NCBI GenBank assembly: GCA_045659745.1
Contig: JAZRCL010000081.1
Span: 1 to 47,697, forward strand
From: Eubacteriales bacterium
GTDB taxonomy: Bacteria > Bacillota > Clostridia > Oscillospirales > CAG-272
Length of the DNA stretch: 47,697 nt
Direction of reading: 5' to 3'
Below are positions 37,701 to 45,744 of the stretch, one piece after another (the stretch's first letter is position 1; the number at the start of each line of letters is the position of its first letter). The notes under the pieces are model-generated. The model was not told the DNA's origin, searched no databases, and saw nothing but the letters and a program-made list of their open reading frames with translations. A program made the position numbers and the translations under genes.

Positions 37701-38200
37701 CCGTTAAGTACGAGGAATATTACAGCTTTGTAGATGATTCTACATACTGGGCTTACGTTATCAGAGTAAACGAGGCTGAGATAGTACTTACTCCCGAGGT
37801 TCTTACAAACCAGGGCCACGATGTTCCCGATGAGGTTTACTTCTCTATGGGTTCGTTTGCAGATAATAAGGCTAACCCCAACATCCTTACACTCGTAAGC
37901 GCTAACGGTATTCAGTATGGTGTTCCTTCTGATGATACCGAGTGCAGAGAGCACGTTGACGCCAACTCTGACGGCAAGTGTGATAACTGCGGCGAAACCG
38001 TTGAATCACAGCAGCCCGGTGAGCCTAAGCCTGAAGATCCCAACACTCCCGCAGATCCCACAGATCCCGACGCTGGCAATGATGGCGACGGCAAGAAGAA
38101 GGGATGCAAGGGATGCGGCTCCGTTATCGGACTTGGCGCATTCGCAGTTGTCGCAACCATCGGCCTTGCAGGAATAGTTTTCCTCAAGAAGAAGGACTAA
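34757..38200 (+). CDS. Large cell-surface protein: duplicated beta-rich domains, PDPT linker, helical stalk, Cys-containing C-terminal anchor
   Basis: Signal peptide (..VSA/QDE); two clear internal repeats; Ala/Glu-rich stalk; C-terminal KKKGCKGCGS-TM-KKKD. Confidence 0.85.
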   Translation: MKKRILALLLAFTMMISLFGQILVSAQDETATPVWTANGTTVTEGEDGYYNVSGLQYDTSAYTTEKYVLDGLTVEMKLADFAANMAAGFVFSSEPGASYGTSNAVAMTLWFDPYSIGQSRFHVGANHDYNGETYVYRDSQGATGQGFGLDKTMVLNNVTNADIKIEINSENDIAYRVKFTIMQDNLLWGDNINYADEVGGGHSCTFYLAKAQFANILDANGALYVAATGLTAPNYSVRVTGVTAPATTPDPTPDPDPTPDPDPTPDPDPTPDPDPTPDPEPSVSTIVGTTDSDWSQSFNTPAVLKFAENGYTEVSNLNGWGTRAHYNHLVKLDGLELSFRAATKFKDCVGIVLSNAAGAYFTEANTIAITYWNDPFGAGQARLAFTTNHNYESEPLVHVAPDLTSAKGFGADKSMVSNAAEIVGYTIKIESYNEEFYSVKITMTDSGLWEINANYNAEDKSCTVYLPKAAVAGILNENGELYVMAAGFPDGANPAPAVEVKIVDDNYRAYFAGEAVTGAVEKYEAYETAAGAIVDATSYDAAMTARADALACIGALRSREAAELALAISTIDAELSANEEIVIIVKKAVTDKIDAAVAAYEALIADTTTLAGESLAAALALTDEAKAEYANRASMLSDEAKAEIEESIAALDYGHDYCIGLLWVTTYEAMIDALDATDPEIVNALVDVKAYRAAYETTTAYTKITTVLDEEDREALEAAIAAGDAAVVNIETVVLPQLKESYVKAMEDKLEADLTIKPNLDDAKTAYAEIAIYVTITEDDGELYNRYVAGYNALKAACEAFVRAQMAEVSELLKKEYTVLDEFVPVRTKYKAIKLDYLMEENTEIVAELAELERNIVGTVFYYMSSTNVPSVEHKNNGIVVESTPEFPSRFNYNKAINLKTGAEFVIELTSAAYYNDGTSANNLCFNFLSDPDSYKSMSDGISIIIWLYPTESNVQIMNYTDVPLANSPIATPLDGGTITISVKYEEYYSFVDDSTYWAYVIRVNEAEIVLTPEVLTNQGHDVPDEVYFSMGSFADNKANPNILTLVSANGIQYGVPSDDTECREHVDANSDGKCDNCGETVESQQPGEPKPEDPNTPADPTDPDAGNDGDGKKKGCKGCGSVIGLGAFAVVATIGLAGIVFLKKKD
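35501..35598 (+). repeat. 18-bp tandem repeat encoding a (PDPTPD)n linker
   Basis: About five copies of CCYGATCCTACWCCYGAT. Confidence 0.9.
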
Positions 38201-38377
38201 TTACAATCTGAATTAAAAATATTTAAGCCGGATAATTCATTCTTTAATTGAATTGATGGCAAATAAGCTTTGGATTTATCATAGGTAAATCCGGATATTA
38301 TGGCTTCCGGGTGTTATATTATAATGCCCGGAAGTTCTTATAAAACCTTTATTTCACAGCGAACGAGGTGAAACGAA

Positions 38378-40789
38378 TTGAAAAGAATAAATAAGCTCCT
38401 GGCGTTGCTGCTCGTGTTTACTGTTATAATCTCCTTGGTTTCATGCAATGCCTGGAACGGTTGGGAGGACAACTCCGACGGCGAGCCGAATACCCCCAAC
38501 ACACCTAACACCCCCAACACACCTGATGACAAGCCCGGCGAAAATAATCCTCCGGAAGATAATATGAAACTTGAAAATTATACGCAGCCCTTCTGGGTAG
38601 GTGATACAATGCACGATGAGAGCGTAATGCTCGTTGCAAAAACCGACAGCGAGGGCAATGTTATTGAGGCACCCCGTGCCAAACTCCTTTTTGAAGCAGA
38701 AAAAATTCAGTCCGTTACGTGGTATTTCCACGAAAACAACGGCTCTCAAATAAAAACGTTTACTGAAGGCGTAGATTTTGTTTATCAAAACGGATATATC
38801 GTTGCAAAGGGAAGTATTATTCACAACGATATACTTGAGATTGACGAATTCTCAACGAATATGCCCTACGTTACCGACAAGATGCTCACAGGTGAGCAGC
38901 AGTTCCCGGGGCTTACCTTACAGTCCGATATTCCATCAAAGACAAACGGCCTTTGTCTGCCATTTACAGAGGGATATCAGATAGTTCAGATGCAGCTTAG
39001 CGTCACTTATACTCATGCTGAAGGCATGTGGGAGGGAAGCGTACCTGAATATCTCGGCGACACAAAGTTGAGTGGAACACTTACAAAGCTCAAAAACAAA
39101 GATGAGGTAAACGTGCTTGTGTTTGGCGACAGTATTTCCACGGGCGCAAACTCATCCTCTGTACTTGGTATTACTCCAAATCTTCCCACATGGCCTGAGC
39201 TGTTTGCCAACGGGCTTTCCTCTTATTACGGCGGCACGGTCAATCTCAAGAATACCAGCGTTGGCGGTTGGACATCCTCAAACGGAGTCAGCGGCGGTAC
39301 AGGCTGGGTAGCAGGCAAGCAGGTACAAAAGCCCGGTCTTGCGACACAGTTTGCCTCGGGTGAGATCAAGGGCTTTGTTCCCGATATTGCCATCATTGGA
39401 TTCGGAATGAACGATGCGTCCCTCAGCCTTTCTATTAACACTTTTTGTAATAACATTATCAGTATGATAAAGACTATTCGTCAGCAGAATCCCAATTGCG
39501 AGATCATTCTTCTTGGAACAATGCTTGCAAATCCTATGGCGAAAAACCAGTCAAAGAATCAGACGGAATATACCGAATATCTTGGCAAGCTGTCAAAGAA
39601 TTATGAAAACGTAGCTGTTGTTGATATCGGCGCTATGCATCAGGATCTTCTTGATTCGGGTAAATACTATACCGAGATGTCCAGCAACAACGTAAACCAC
39701 CCCAACGATTTCTTCGCGCGTGTTTACGCTATGAATCTTCTTGCATCTCTTATAGATTTTGATTATGAGGTATCCGAGCCCGTTGACCCGATTGAACCGA
39801 ATGACCCTGTCAAACCAAGTGAGCCCGTCGAACCGAATGACCCTATCGAACCTGATGAACCCGAAACAGTTTACGATCAGTTTATAGAAAACGGCTATGA
39901 TGCGCTTTTTGCAGACCCGTTTCTCAAAAATGGGGTTTCAGTTTTAAGGCCTGACGGAAGTGTGGCAGGCACGATTTCCGGTGTCAATGCCGATGGCAAA
40001 CCCTCTTGGGTATTTCCGCAGTGGGGCTCAAAATATGATATCTACGATTACGCCGAAAGAAATTATTACAACGGCGGAGATGCCTTTACCTACGCATCCG
40101 AGGGTAAGACGGTTAACGGCGTCAATATTCCAGCTAAAATTTTGACTGTCGACAGCACGGATGGCTCGATATATATGGAGCTAAACGCGCAGGTGGAATA
40201 TGACCACCCCCGTCAGGACGGCGAGAGCTGGCCTCATACACTCTTGTCCCAGGATTTCGGTCCCGAGCTTGTTCACGTCAGCGAGCTTGATGATCTTGTA
40301 ATGAATATGAGCTATGAGATAACCAAGTTTGAGGACTGTATGGGTAGCTCCGCGGATTCAAATAAACACTGTGCTCAGCTCGTTTGGTATATTACACTCC
40401 AAAACAGAACGGAAGGGCACAAGGATTACGGCAAATACGTTTGGTTTGGAATTACCCTTTGGGATAACCGTATATCCGGTGCCGCCTCTAATGGATTTGC
40501 TGCAGAGGATGCAGGCAAGGATGACGCAACACACGCGTTCATCTACCAGCCTTCTTCCGCTATCGTTCATACCAATGGCAAATGCCCCACGGTGAACGAA
40601 TACAAAACGGTTGACTTCCATCTTCTCGATGCCGCAAGAGAGGCATTCAATACAGCCAAGGATAGAGGTTATCTTGGCGATACCGAGTGGGAGGACCTCT
40701 ATATTGGAGGAATGAACTTCGGCTTTGAGGTGACGGGAACATATAACGTCGCGGTCCAGATAGACTCCGTGGGAGTATATTACAAATAA
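38378..40789 (+). CDS. Lipoprotein: SGNH/GDSL esterase fused to copy 3 of the shared unknown domain
   Basis: Lipobox LVSC; VFGDSIS, VGG, FGMND and NHPN SGNH blocks; Pro linker; C-terminal domain with ESWPH, AQLVWY, WDNR, DAGKDDATHAFIY and NFGFE. Confidence 0.82.
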   Translation: MKRINKLLALLLVFTVIISLVSCNAWNGWEDNSDGEPNTPNTPNTPNTPDDKPGENNPPEDNMKLENYTQPFWVGDTMHDESVMLVAKTDSEGNVIEAPRAKLLFEAEKIQSVTWYFHENNGSQIKTFTEGVDFVYQNGYIVAKGSIIHNDILEIDEFSTNMPYVTDKMLTGEQQFPGLTLQSDIPSKTNGLCLPFTEGYQIVQMQLSVTYTHAEGMWEGSVPEYLGDTKLSGTLTKLKNKDEVNVLVFGDSISTGANSSSVLGITPNLPTWPELFANGLSSYYGGTVNLKNTSVGGWTSSNGVSGGTGWVAGKQVQKPGLATQFASGEIKGFVPDIAIIGFGMNDASLSLSINTFCNNIISMIKTIRQQNPNCEIILLGTMLANPMAKNQSKNQTEYTEYLGKLSKNYENVAVVDIGAMHQDLLDSGKYYTEMSSNNVNHPNDFFARVYAMNLLASLIDFDYEVSEPVDPIEPNDPVKPSEPVEPNDPIEPDEPETVYDQFIENGYDALFADPFLKNGVSVLRPDGSVAGTISGVNADGKPSWVFPQWGSKYDIYDYAERNYYNGGDAFTYASEGKTVNGVNIPAKILTVDSTDGSIYMELNAQVEYDHPRQDGESWPHTLLSQDFGPELVHVSELDDLVMNMSYEITKFEDCMGSSADSNKHCAQLVWYITLQNRTEGHKDYGKYVWFGITLWDNRISGAASNGFAAEDAGKDDATHAFIYQPSSAIVHTNGKCPTVNEYKTVDFHLLDAAREAFNTAKDRGYLGDTEWEDLYIGGMNFGFEVTGTYNVAVQIDSVGVYYK

Positions 40790-40883
40790 GAATAAGGGAG
40801 AGCTACGCGGCTTTGGAACGGCAGTGTTTGAGCTGGCCAAAGCGCTATAAATTTGATCTCCTTTGGCAATAGGAAATAAGATT

Positions 40884-43130
40884 ATGTACGGATTGGATAA
40901 AAACAAAAATTTCAGCGAAAATATTTATGACATAGCAGACGAACCCATTCTGGCGACCCTTTTTACAACGGGCAACGGATATATGGGCGTCAGAGGAAGC
41001 TTTGAGGAGTTTGGTTCTCAGCGTGTTCAGGGCGCATTCGTCCGCGGCTTCATAGACGAGATAATCGAGGTGACAGAGCCGTTCACGGACAACGAGTATA
41101 TGAAAAAATACTACCTTGACGAGGAAAAGCTTAAAACCTTTGAAAAGCAGGATAGCTGTGTCAACATGCACGATTTCCTAACGGTTAAGATAACCGTTGG
41201 TGAAAAAACCTTCTTCCCGTGGGAAGGGAAAGTAGTTAAGTGGCATCGTTTCCTTGATCCTAAAACAGCAGTTTATAAAAGAGAACTTGTATGGGATGAC
41301 GGAGAGGGAAACAGGACTGAGTTTATCTTTGAGCGTTTTGCTTCGTTTGCAGATGAACATCTCTACTGTCAAAAAATTAAGGTAAGACCCATAAATCACA
41401 GCTTGCCTGTAAAGATCATGTCGGGTATTGATACCTCAATCAAGACAGGCGGTCAGTTTATTACAAAAACGGATCTCTTGCAGATAGAGGGCTTTGATAT
41501 TCTTCACAGATATCACGCTACAAATAAATATGGCTTTTCGGCTTGCTACGGAATAAAAAATGTATTTCCTGCTGGCAAGGTGCTTGGAAAATACGATGAC
41601 AACGGTACGGTAGGCATTGAATACCTCTGTGAGAATGCAAAAGCCTATACCTTTGAGAAGATAACCTATATCATTACTGATAGAGACACCGACAGAGATA
41701 TTACTGATTGCGCCACAGAAAAGCTCGCAGTGGGCGATTTTGATTACACCAAGCTCAAAAAGGCACATATATCTGTATATAAATCGTATTTTGCAATGAT
41801 GGACGTCACAATTGAGGGTGACGACGAGGTGGACGCATATCTCAGATTTGCAAGCTACCATACTGCCATTTCCGCTTCAATGAATGACAGTGTTCACGGA
41901 ATCTCCGCCAAGGGACTCACAGGCGAAAGATATAATCAATTCGTTTGGTGGGACTGTGAGATCCACCAGATGCCATTCTTTTTGCTCACCGCACCTGAAA
42001 CGGCGAAAAATGCGCTTATGTATAGATACAGAATGCTGCCACAGGCAAAGAAAAATGCTAAAGAAAAGGGATATGACGGAGCTATGTTTGCCTTCTGCTC
42101 GTCTGTGTGTGGCGACGAAAGAGTATGGCAGTATGCGCGTCACCCCTTTATGCAGATACATATCAACTCCGATATTCCGTACGGCATTATAAATTATTAC
42201 CGATACACGGGTGACAGAGAGTTTATGACGGGCTACGGTATGGAGATAATACTTGAATGCCTTAAGTTCTGGGTATCCCGCGTAAGCCTCAACGGCGACA
42301 GATACGAGATATGCAGGGTGACGGGCACTGACGAGCATCACCCATACGTTGATAACGACGCATATACGAACTATTGTGTTAAATTCGCATTTGACCGTTT
42401 TATCTCCCTTTGCGAGGAGCTTTCTTATGAGGTTGAGCCGTCTTTACTTGAGAAGATGAGGGATATCGCCTCGAGGCTCTATCTTCCTATGTGCGAGAAC
42501 GGACTTATTCCTCAGTTTGACGGATATTTCGGGCTTTCTCGCTCGCTTGAAGAGCAGGGCAAGGGAACGTTGAAGCAGTTCCAGATGAAGAAGAGCGGGC
42601 TCTATCACAAGAGCCAGATAATAAAGCAGCCCGACGTTGTTTTGCTTTACACAATGGTTGACGTTGGTGTTGACAGATCTCATTTTGCGGAAAACTGGGA
42701 CTATTACGAGAATATGTGCGAGGTAAGCTCATCGCTTACGTTCCCTGTGCATGCCATAGCCTCTGCGCAGAACAAGCAGATCTTGTCCTTCCGCAAAAAC
42801 CTTCTCAACACCGTCAAAATGGACGTTGACGATATTCACGGAGTTGCATGGCAGGGCGTTCACAGCGGTTGCCTTGCGGGCGGCTATCTTGCGGTCATCT
42901 ACGGCATCTTCGGACTTTCTGTCGGAGTGGACGGTACGCTTTGCGTAAACCCCATCAGAACGCTTTTTGAAGGCGTTACGGCTCATTTCTTATACAAGGG
43001 TACAAAGATAACCCTGAGTATCAAAAACAATGAATTGACCATTAAAAAGAAGGGCGCAGGCGCTATCAACGTCAGAACTCCGGACGGTCAGGAGAGAATG
43101 CTCAAAAATACACTTGTTTATAAAATGTGA
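40884..43130 (+). CDS. Glycoside hydrolase family 65 protein (alpha-glucoside phosphorylase-like)
   Basis: GNGYMGVRGSFEE, AKGLTGE.Y, WWDCEI, HINSDI, GTDEHH (catalytic GPDEY equivalent), KQPDV and SSL; alternative TTG start at 40863. Confidence 0.92.
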   Translation: MYGLDKNKNFSENIYDIADEPILATLFTTGNGYMGVRGSFEEFGSQRVQGAFVRGFIDEIIEVTEPFTDNEYMKKYYLDEEKLKTFEKQDSCVNMHDFLTVKITVGEKTFFPWEGKVVKWHRFLDPKTAVYKRELVWDDGEGNRTEFIFERFASFADEHLYCQKIKVRPINHSLPVKIMSGIDTSIKTGGQFITKTDLLQIEGFDILHRYHATNKYGFSACYGIKNVFPAGKVLGKYDDNGTVGIEYLCENAKAYTFEKITYIITDRDTDRDITDCATEKLAVGDFDYTKLKKAHISVYKSYFAMMDVTIEGDDEVDAYLRFASYHTAISASMNDSVHGISAKGLTGERYNQFVWWDCEIHQMPFFLLTAPETAKNALMYRYRMLPQAKKNAKEKGYDGAMFAFCSSVCGDERVWQYARHPFMQIHINSDIPYGIINYYRYTGDREFMTGYGMEIILECLKFWVSRVSLNGDRYEICRVTGTDEHHPYVDNDAYTNYCVKFAFDRFISLCEELSYEVEPSLLEKMRDIASRLYLPMCENGLIPQFDGYFGLSRSLEEQGKGTLKQFQMKKSGLYHKSQIIKQPDVVLLYTMVDVGVDRSHFAENWDYYENMCEVSSSLTFPVHAIASAQNKQILSFRKNLLNTVKMDVDDIHGVAWQGVHSGCLAGGYLAVIYGIFGLSVGVDGTLCVNPIRTLFEGVTAHFLYKGTKITLSIKNNELTIKKKGAGAINVRTPDGQERMLKNTLVYKM

Positions 43131-43138
43131 GGGGTGCT

Positions 43139-43771
43139 ATGAAGGGATTTATATTTGACCTTGACGGCGTTATAGTTTCTACGGACGGACTTCATTATCT
43201 TGCGTGGAAGCAGATGGCGGATAAAGAGGGGATATACTTTGACGAGAAGATAAATAACCGTCTTCGCGGTGTGAGTCGTATGGCAAGTCTTGAAATTGTT
43301 CTTGAGCGCGCAAGCAGAGAATATTCTGAAGAGGAAAAGCAGATTCTTGCTACGTATAAGAACGATATCTACAAGGAGCTTCTTAAAAGCCTTACACCCG
43401 CAGACATACTTCCCGGAGTGGTAGCAACCCTTGACGAGCTTCGCACGCGCGGATATAAGCTTGCGATAGGCTCCTCAAGCAGAAATACTCCGGCCATACT
43501 CAAATATATCGGTCTTGAAGGATTTTTTGATGCAATTTCCGACGGAAATAACATCAAAAACAGTAAGCCCGATCCCGAGGTGTTCATCAAGGGCGCGCTT
43601 TTCTTGGGGCTTGATGCCTCGGAGTGCTACATCGTTGAAGACGCCAAGGCAGGCGTGGATGCAGGCAGAGCAGGGGGCTTTACAACCATCGCTCTCGGCG
43701 ATGCTTACGGATATGAAAATGCGGATCACTGTATCAAGCATTTTAACGAGATACTCGATATAGCAAAATAA
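43139..43771 (+). CDS. pgmB: Beta-phosphoglucomutase
   Basis: FDLDGVI, HYLAWK, LRGVSRMASL, SSSRN, KPDPEVF and VEDA HAD motifs; adjacent to GH65. Confidence 0.93.
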   Translation: MKGFIFDLDGVIVSTDGLHYLAWKQMADKEGIYFDEKINNRLRGVSRMASLEIVLERASREYSEEEKQILATYKNDIYKELLKSLTPADILPGVVATLDELRTRGYKLAIGSSSRNTPAILKYIGLEGFFDAISDGNNIKNSKPDPEVFIKGALFLGLDASECYIVEDAKAGVDAGRAGGFTTIALGDAYGYENADHCIKHFNEILDIAK

Positions 43772-43786
43772 ATGTAGAAAAATAAT

Positions 43787-43818
43787 AAAAGCGGCAGTTC
43801 ATTTGAACTGCCGCTTTT
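43787..43818. terminator. Terminator ending the sugar operon
   Basis: AAAAGCGGCAGTTCA-TT-TGAACTGCCGCTTTT. Confidence 0.85.
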
Positions 43819-43887
43819 ATATGTAATATATAGGGCACAGAGGGTGTCCTTTGTATTGGGTTATGTTGCCTTAATAGATTCCAAGCT

Positions 43888-44097
43888 TCAAAACACGTTG
43901 ATGCCGCGATCTTTCAAAATAAGCTTTGCCTGTTTAATCTGCTCGGCTTCGGGGATCCACTCTTTTCTTCCGTTATCCTCACCGCCGAGAAAGACCGACT
44001 TTGTGCCTCCGCAGGCGTGGTACGGCAACAGCTCCACCCCCTCGCGGTTTGACAAAGACGAGGCGATTTTTGCAATATCGCGATAATGCTCTTCATC
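43888..44097 (-). pseudogene. 3' fragment of a glycyl-radical-enzyme activating enzyme (radical SAM)
   Basis: Hand translation DEEHYRDIAKIASSLSNREGVELLPYHACGGTKSVFLGG..NVF*; VELLPYH..G..K is the PflA-family C-terminal motif; no start codon and no CxxxCxxC. Confidence 0.75.
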
Positions 44098-44854
44098 TTA
44101 TCCACTCACATCCTTTAATAAAGAAGTGCGCCAATATCTCACGAGCCTCATCGAGTGTCAAAGCACCGTTTTCAAGATCCTTTTTCAGATAATCACCGAG
44201 TAAATAGTCTATGCGTCCGATTCCTGGCCAGTTTCCGCAAAGACGAATAAAGGCAAAGGTGAACCAAAGGCTTTGCACCGCCTCGTAGAAGTTGCGCGCG
44301 GGCTCAAAGGGAACACGCTTCAGATTTTCGTAATTTGCCATGTATTCGGGAAGATCGTGCAGGGCATTCAGGTATCGTCCGTGCCATGTCTCGAACGCCT
44401 CAATGCAATTTAGACAGCTTTTAGCAAAATCTTCTTTTTCGGTCAAGCGATATTTTTTATAAGCCTTCTCCGCTTTTGCTTTTATGGCATTAACGCCCTC
44501 TTTCAGCACCGTTTCAAAGTCAACGGTCAGGTGGCTGATGCTGGAGAATAAAAGTGTTCCGTTGTAGATTGCGGGAACGTTGTGTCCCATCGCAAATCCC
44601 AGTGTTGCGGCGCCGCTCAGCTTTTCTCCGTCACAAATTCGGATAGGGGATTCTGCCGCAATTTTGCTAATTGCGATATCATGTTTTTCTATCTGCGAAA
44701 GTGTGTCAAAGCTCGGGATATGGTCAAGAATCACCGCACCTGTTTTTAAGGTGTCTTTGCCGTATTTTCGATTCAGTGAATCGTAGGCAAATATTCTTGT
44801 TGCTTCGGACAGTCGTATTGGACGTTTATTGCCGTTTTGTGTGTAAAACTCCAT
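44093..44854 (-). pseudogene. Truncated N-terminal part of a PFL-like glycyl radical enzyme
   Basis: SHLTVDFETVL.EG, VPFEPARNFYEAVQSLWF, GRID..L..YL.KD and LTLDEAREIL; ends at ~253 aa without the catalytic Cys loop or glycyl radical domain. Confidence 0.8.
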
Positions 44855-44969
44855 ATCATCACCTCCTGATATCATTATACATAACAAAACTATTAAAATC
44901 AATTGACAATCCTATATATATAATACCACATGAGAGAAACAAAGTCTATAACTTTCATAAAAATAACAA

Positions 44970-45267
44970 AAACGGGAGCCTCTTTTCCGCCACCGGCGGC
45001 GATTCGCCTCGCTCCCCCATGACCTCTGCTGCCTGCGTTTTTCGGAGGGATTTGAACCTCATGTTCTTGTCAAATTCTCTGCGGAGAATTTGGCTTCGGT
45101 CACCTCGCGGCTCTGACAGTACACTGGGCTGTCATTCACTACCGCTCGGCCGTTCGCTGCGCCCACTACCTCCAAGTTATTCGCCCTTCGGACTCATAAC
45201 CCGAAGACCATGTGGCACAGAATCAACTCTGCAACGCAAAAAGGACACCGATTGGTGTCCTTTGCGT
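44970..45267. repeat. tRNA-fMet-associated palindromic element with direct and inverted tRNA copies and REP-like hairpins
   Basis: 17-nt exact T-arm copy at 45047-45063; hairpins at 45071-45092 and 45098-45150; inverted anticodon-arm copy at 45188-45212; terminal hairpin at 45232-45269. Confidence 0.75.
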
Positions 45268-45345
<78 letters not shown>

Positions 45346-45393
45346 ATATATAAATTATAGTCACACGTTTTACGGTTTATGCAAAAACCGCAA

Positions 45394-45482
45394 TGGTGCC
45401 GGTGACCGGTCTCGAACCGGTACGATACTCTCGTATCACGGGATTTTAAGTCCCGGGCGTCTGCCAATTCCGCCACACCGGC
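45394..45482 (-). tRNA. tRNA-Leu(TAA)
   Basis: GCCGGTG..CGGGA-CTTAAAA-TCCCG..long variable arm..GGTTCGAGACC..CACCGGC-ACCA. Confidence 0.97.
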
Positions 45483-45522
45483 AGGCCTCGGACTGTTGGG
45501 ATCCCTTCAGTTCGCATTCGTT

Positions 45523-45551
45523 ATTATAACACAATATTTTTGTCTTGTCAA
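45523..45551 (-). promoter_or_regulatory. Consensus sigmaA promoter for the tRNA-Leu/tRNA-fMet operon
   Basis: Minus strand TTGACA-17-TATAAT. Confidence 0.8.
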
Positions 45552-45744
45552 CACCTTTTTTGAAATTTATTAAATTTTATTTTTGACAAGATTTCACAAA
45601 CGCATTTTTGCTCTCCGACGTGAACCTTTTTTTGTCTGAGGTGGCCGGAAGGAAACAACAAATTGTTTATAAATCAATTAGATCGCGAACGAAAGGGCCA
45701 TTTCGTTGCAAAAACAGCCCTTTACATTGTTTTTTATCTCTTCA

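Noticed and set aside
45590-45730. Possible ribozyme or ncRNA (CTGAGG..GAAAC plus hairpins) between tRNA-Leu and hprK
   Set aside because: Lacks the hammerhead CUGAnGA core and required stems; the hairpins are adequately explained as the hprK terminator
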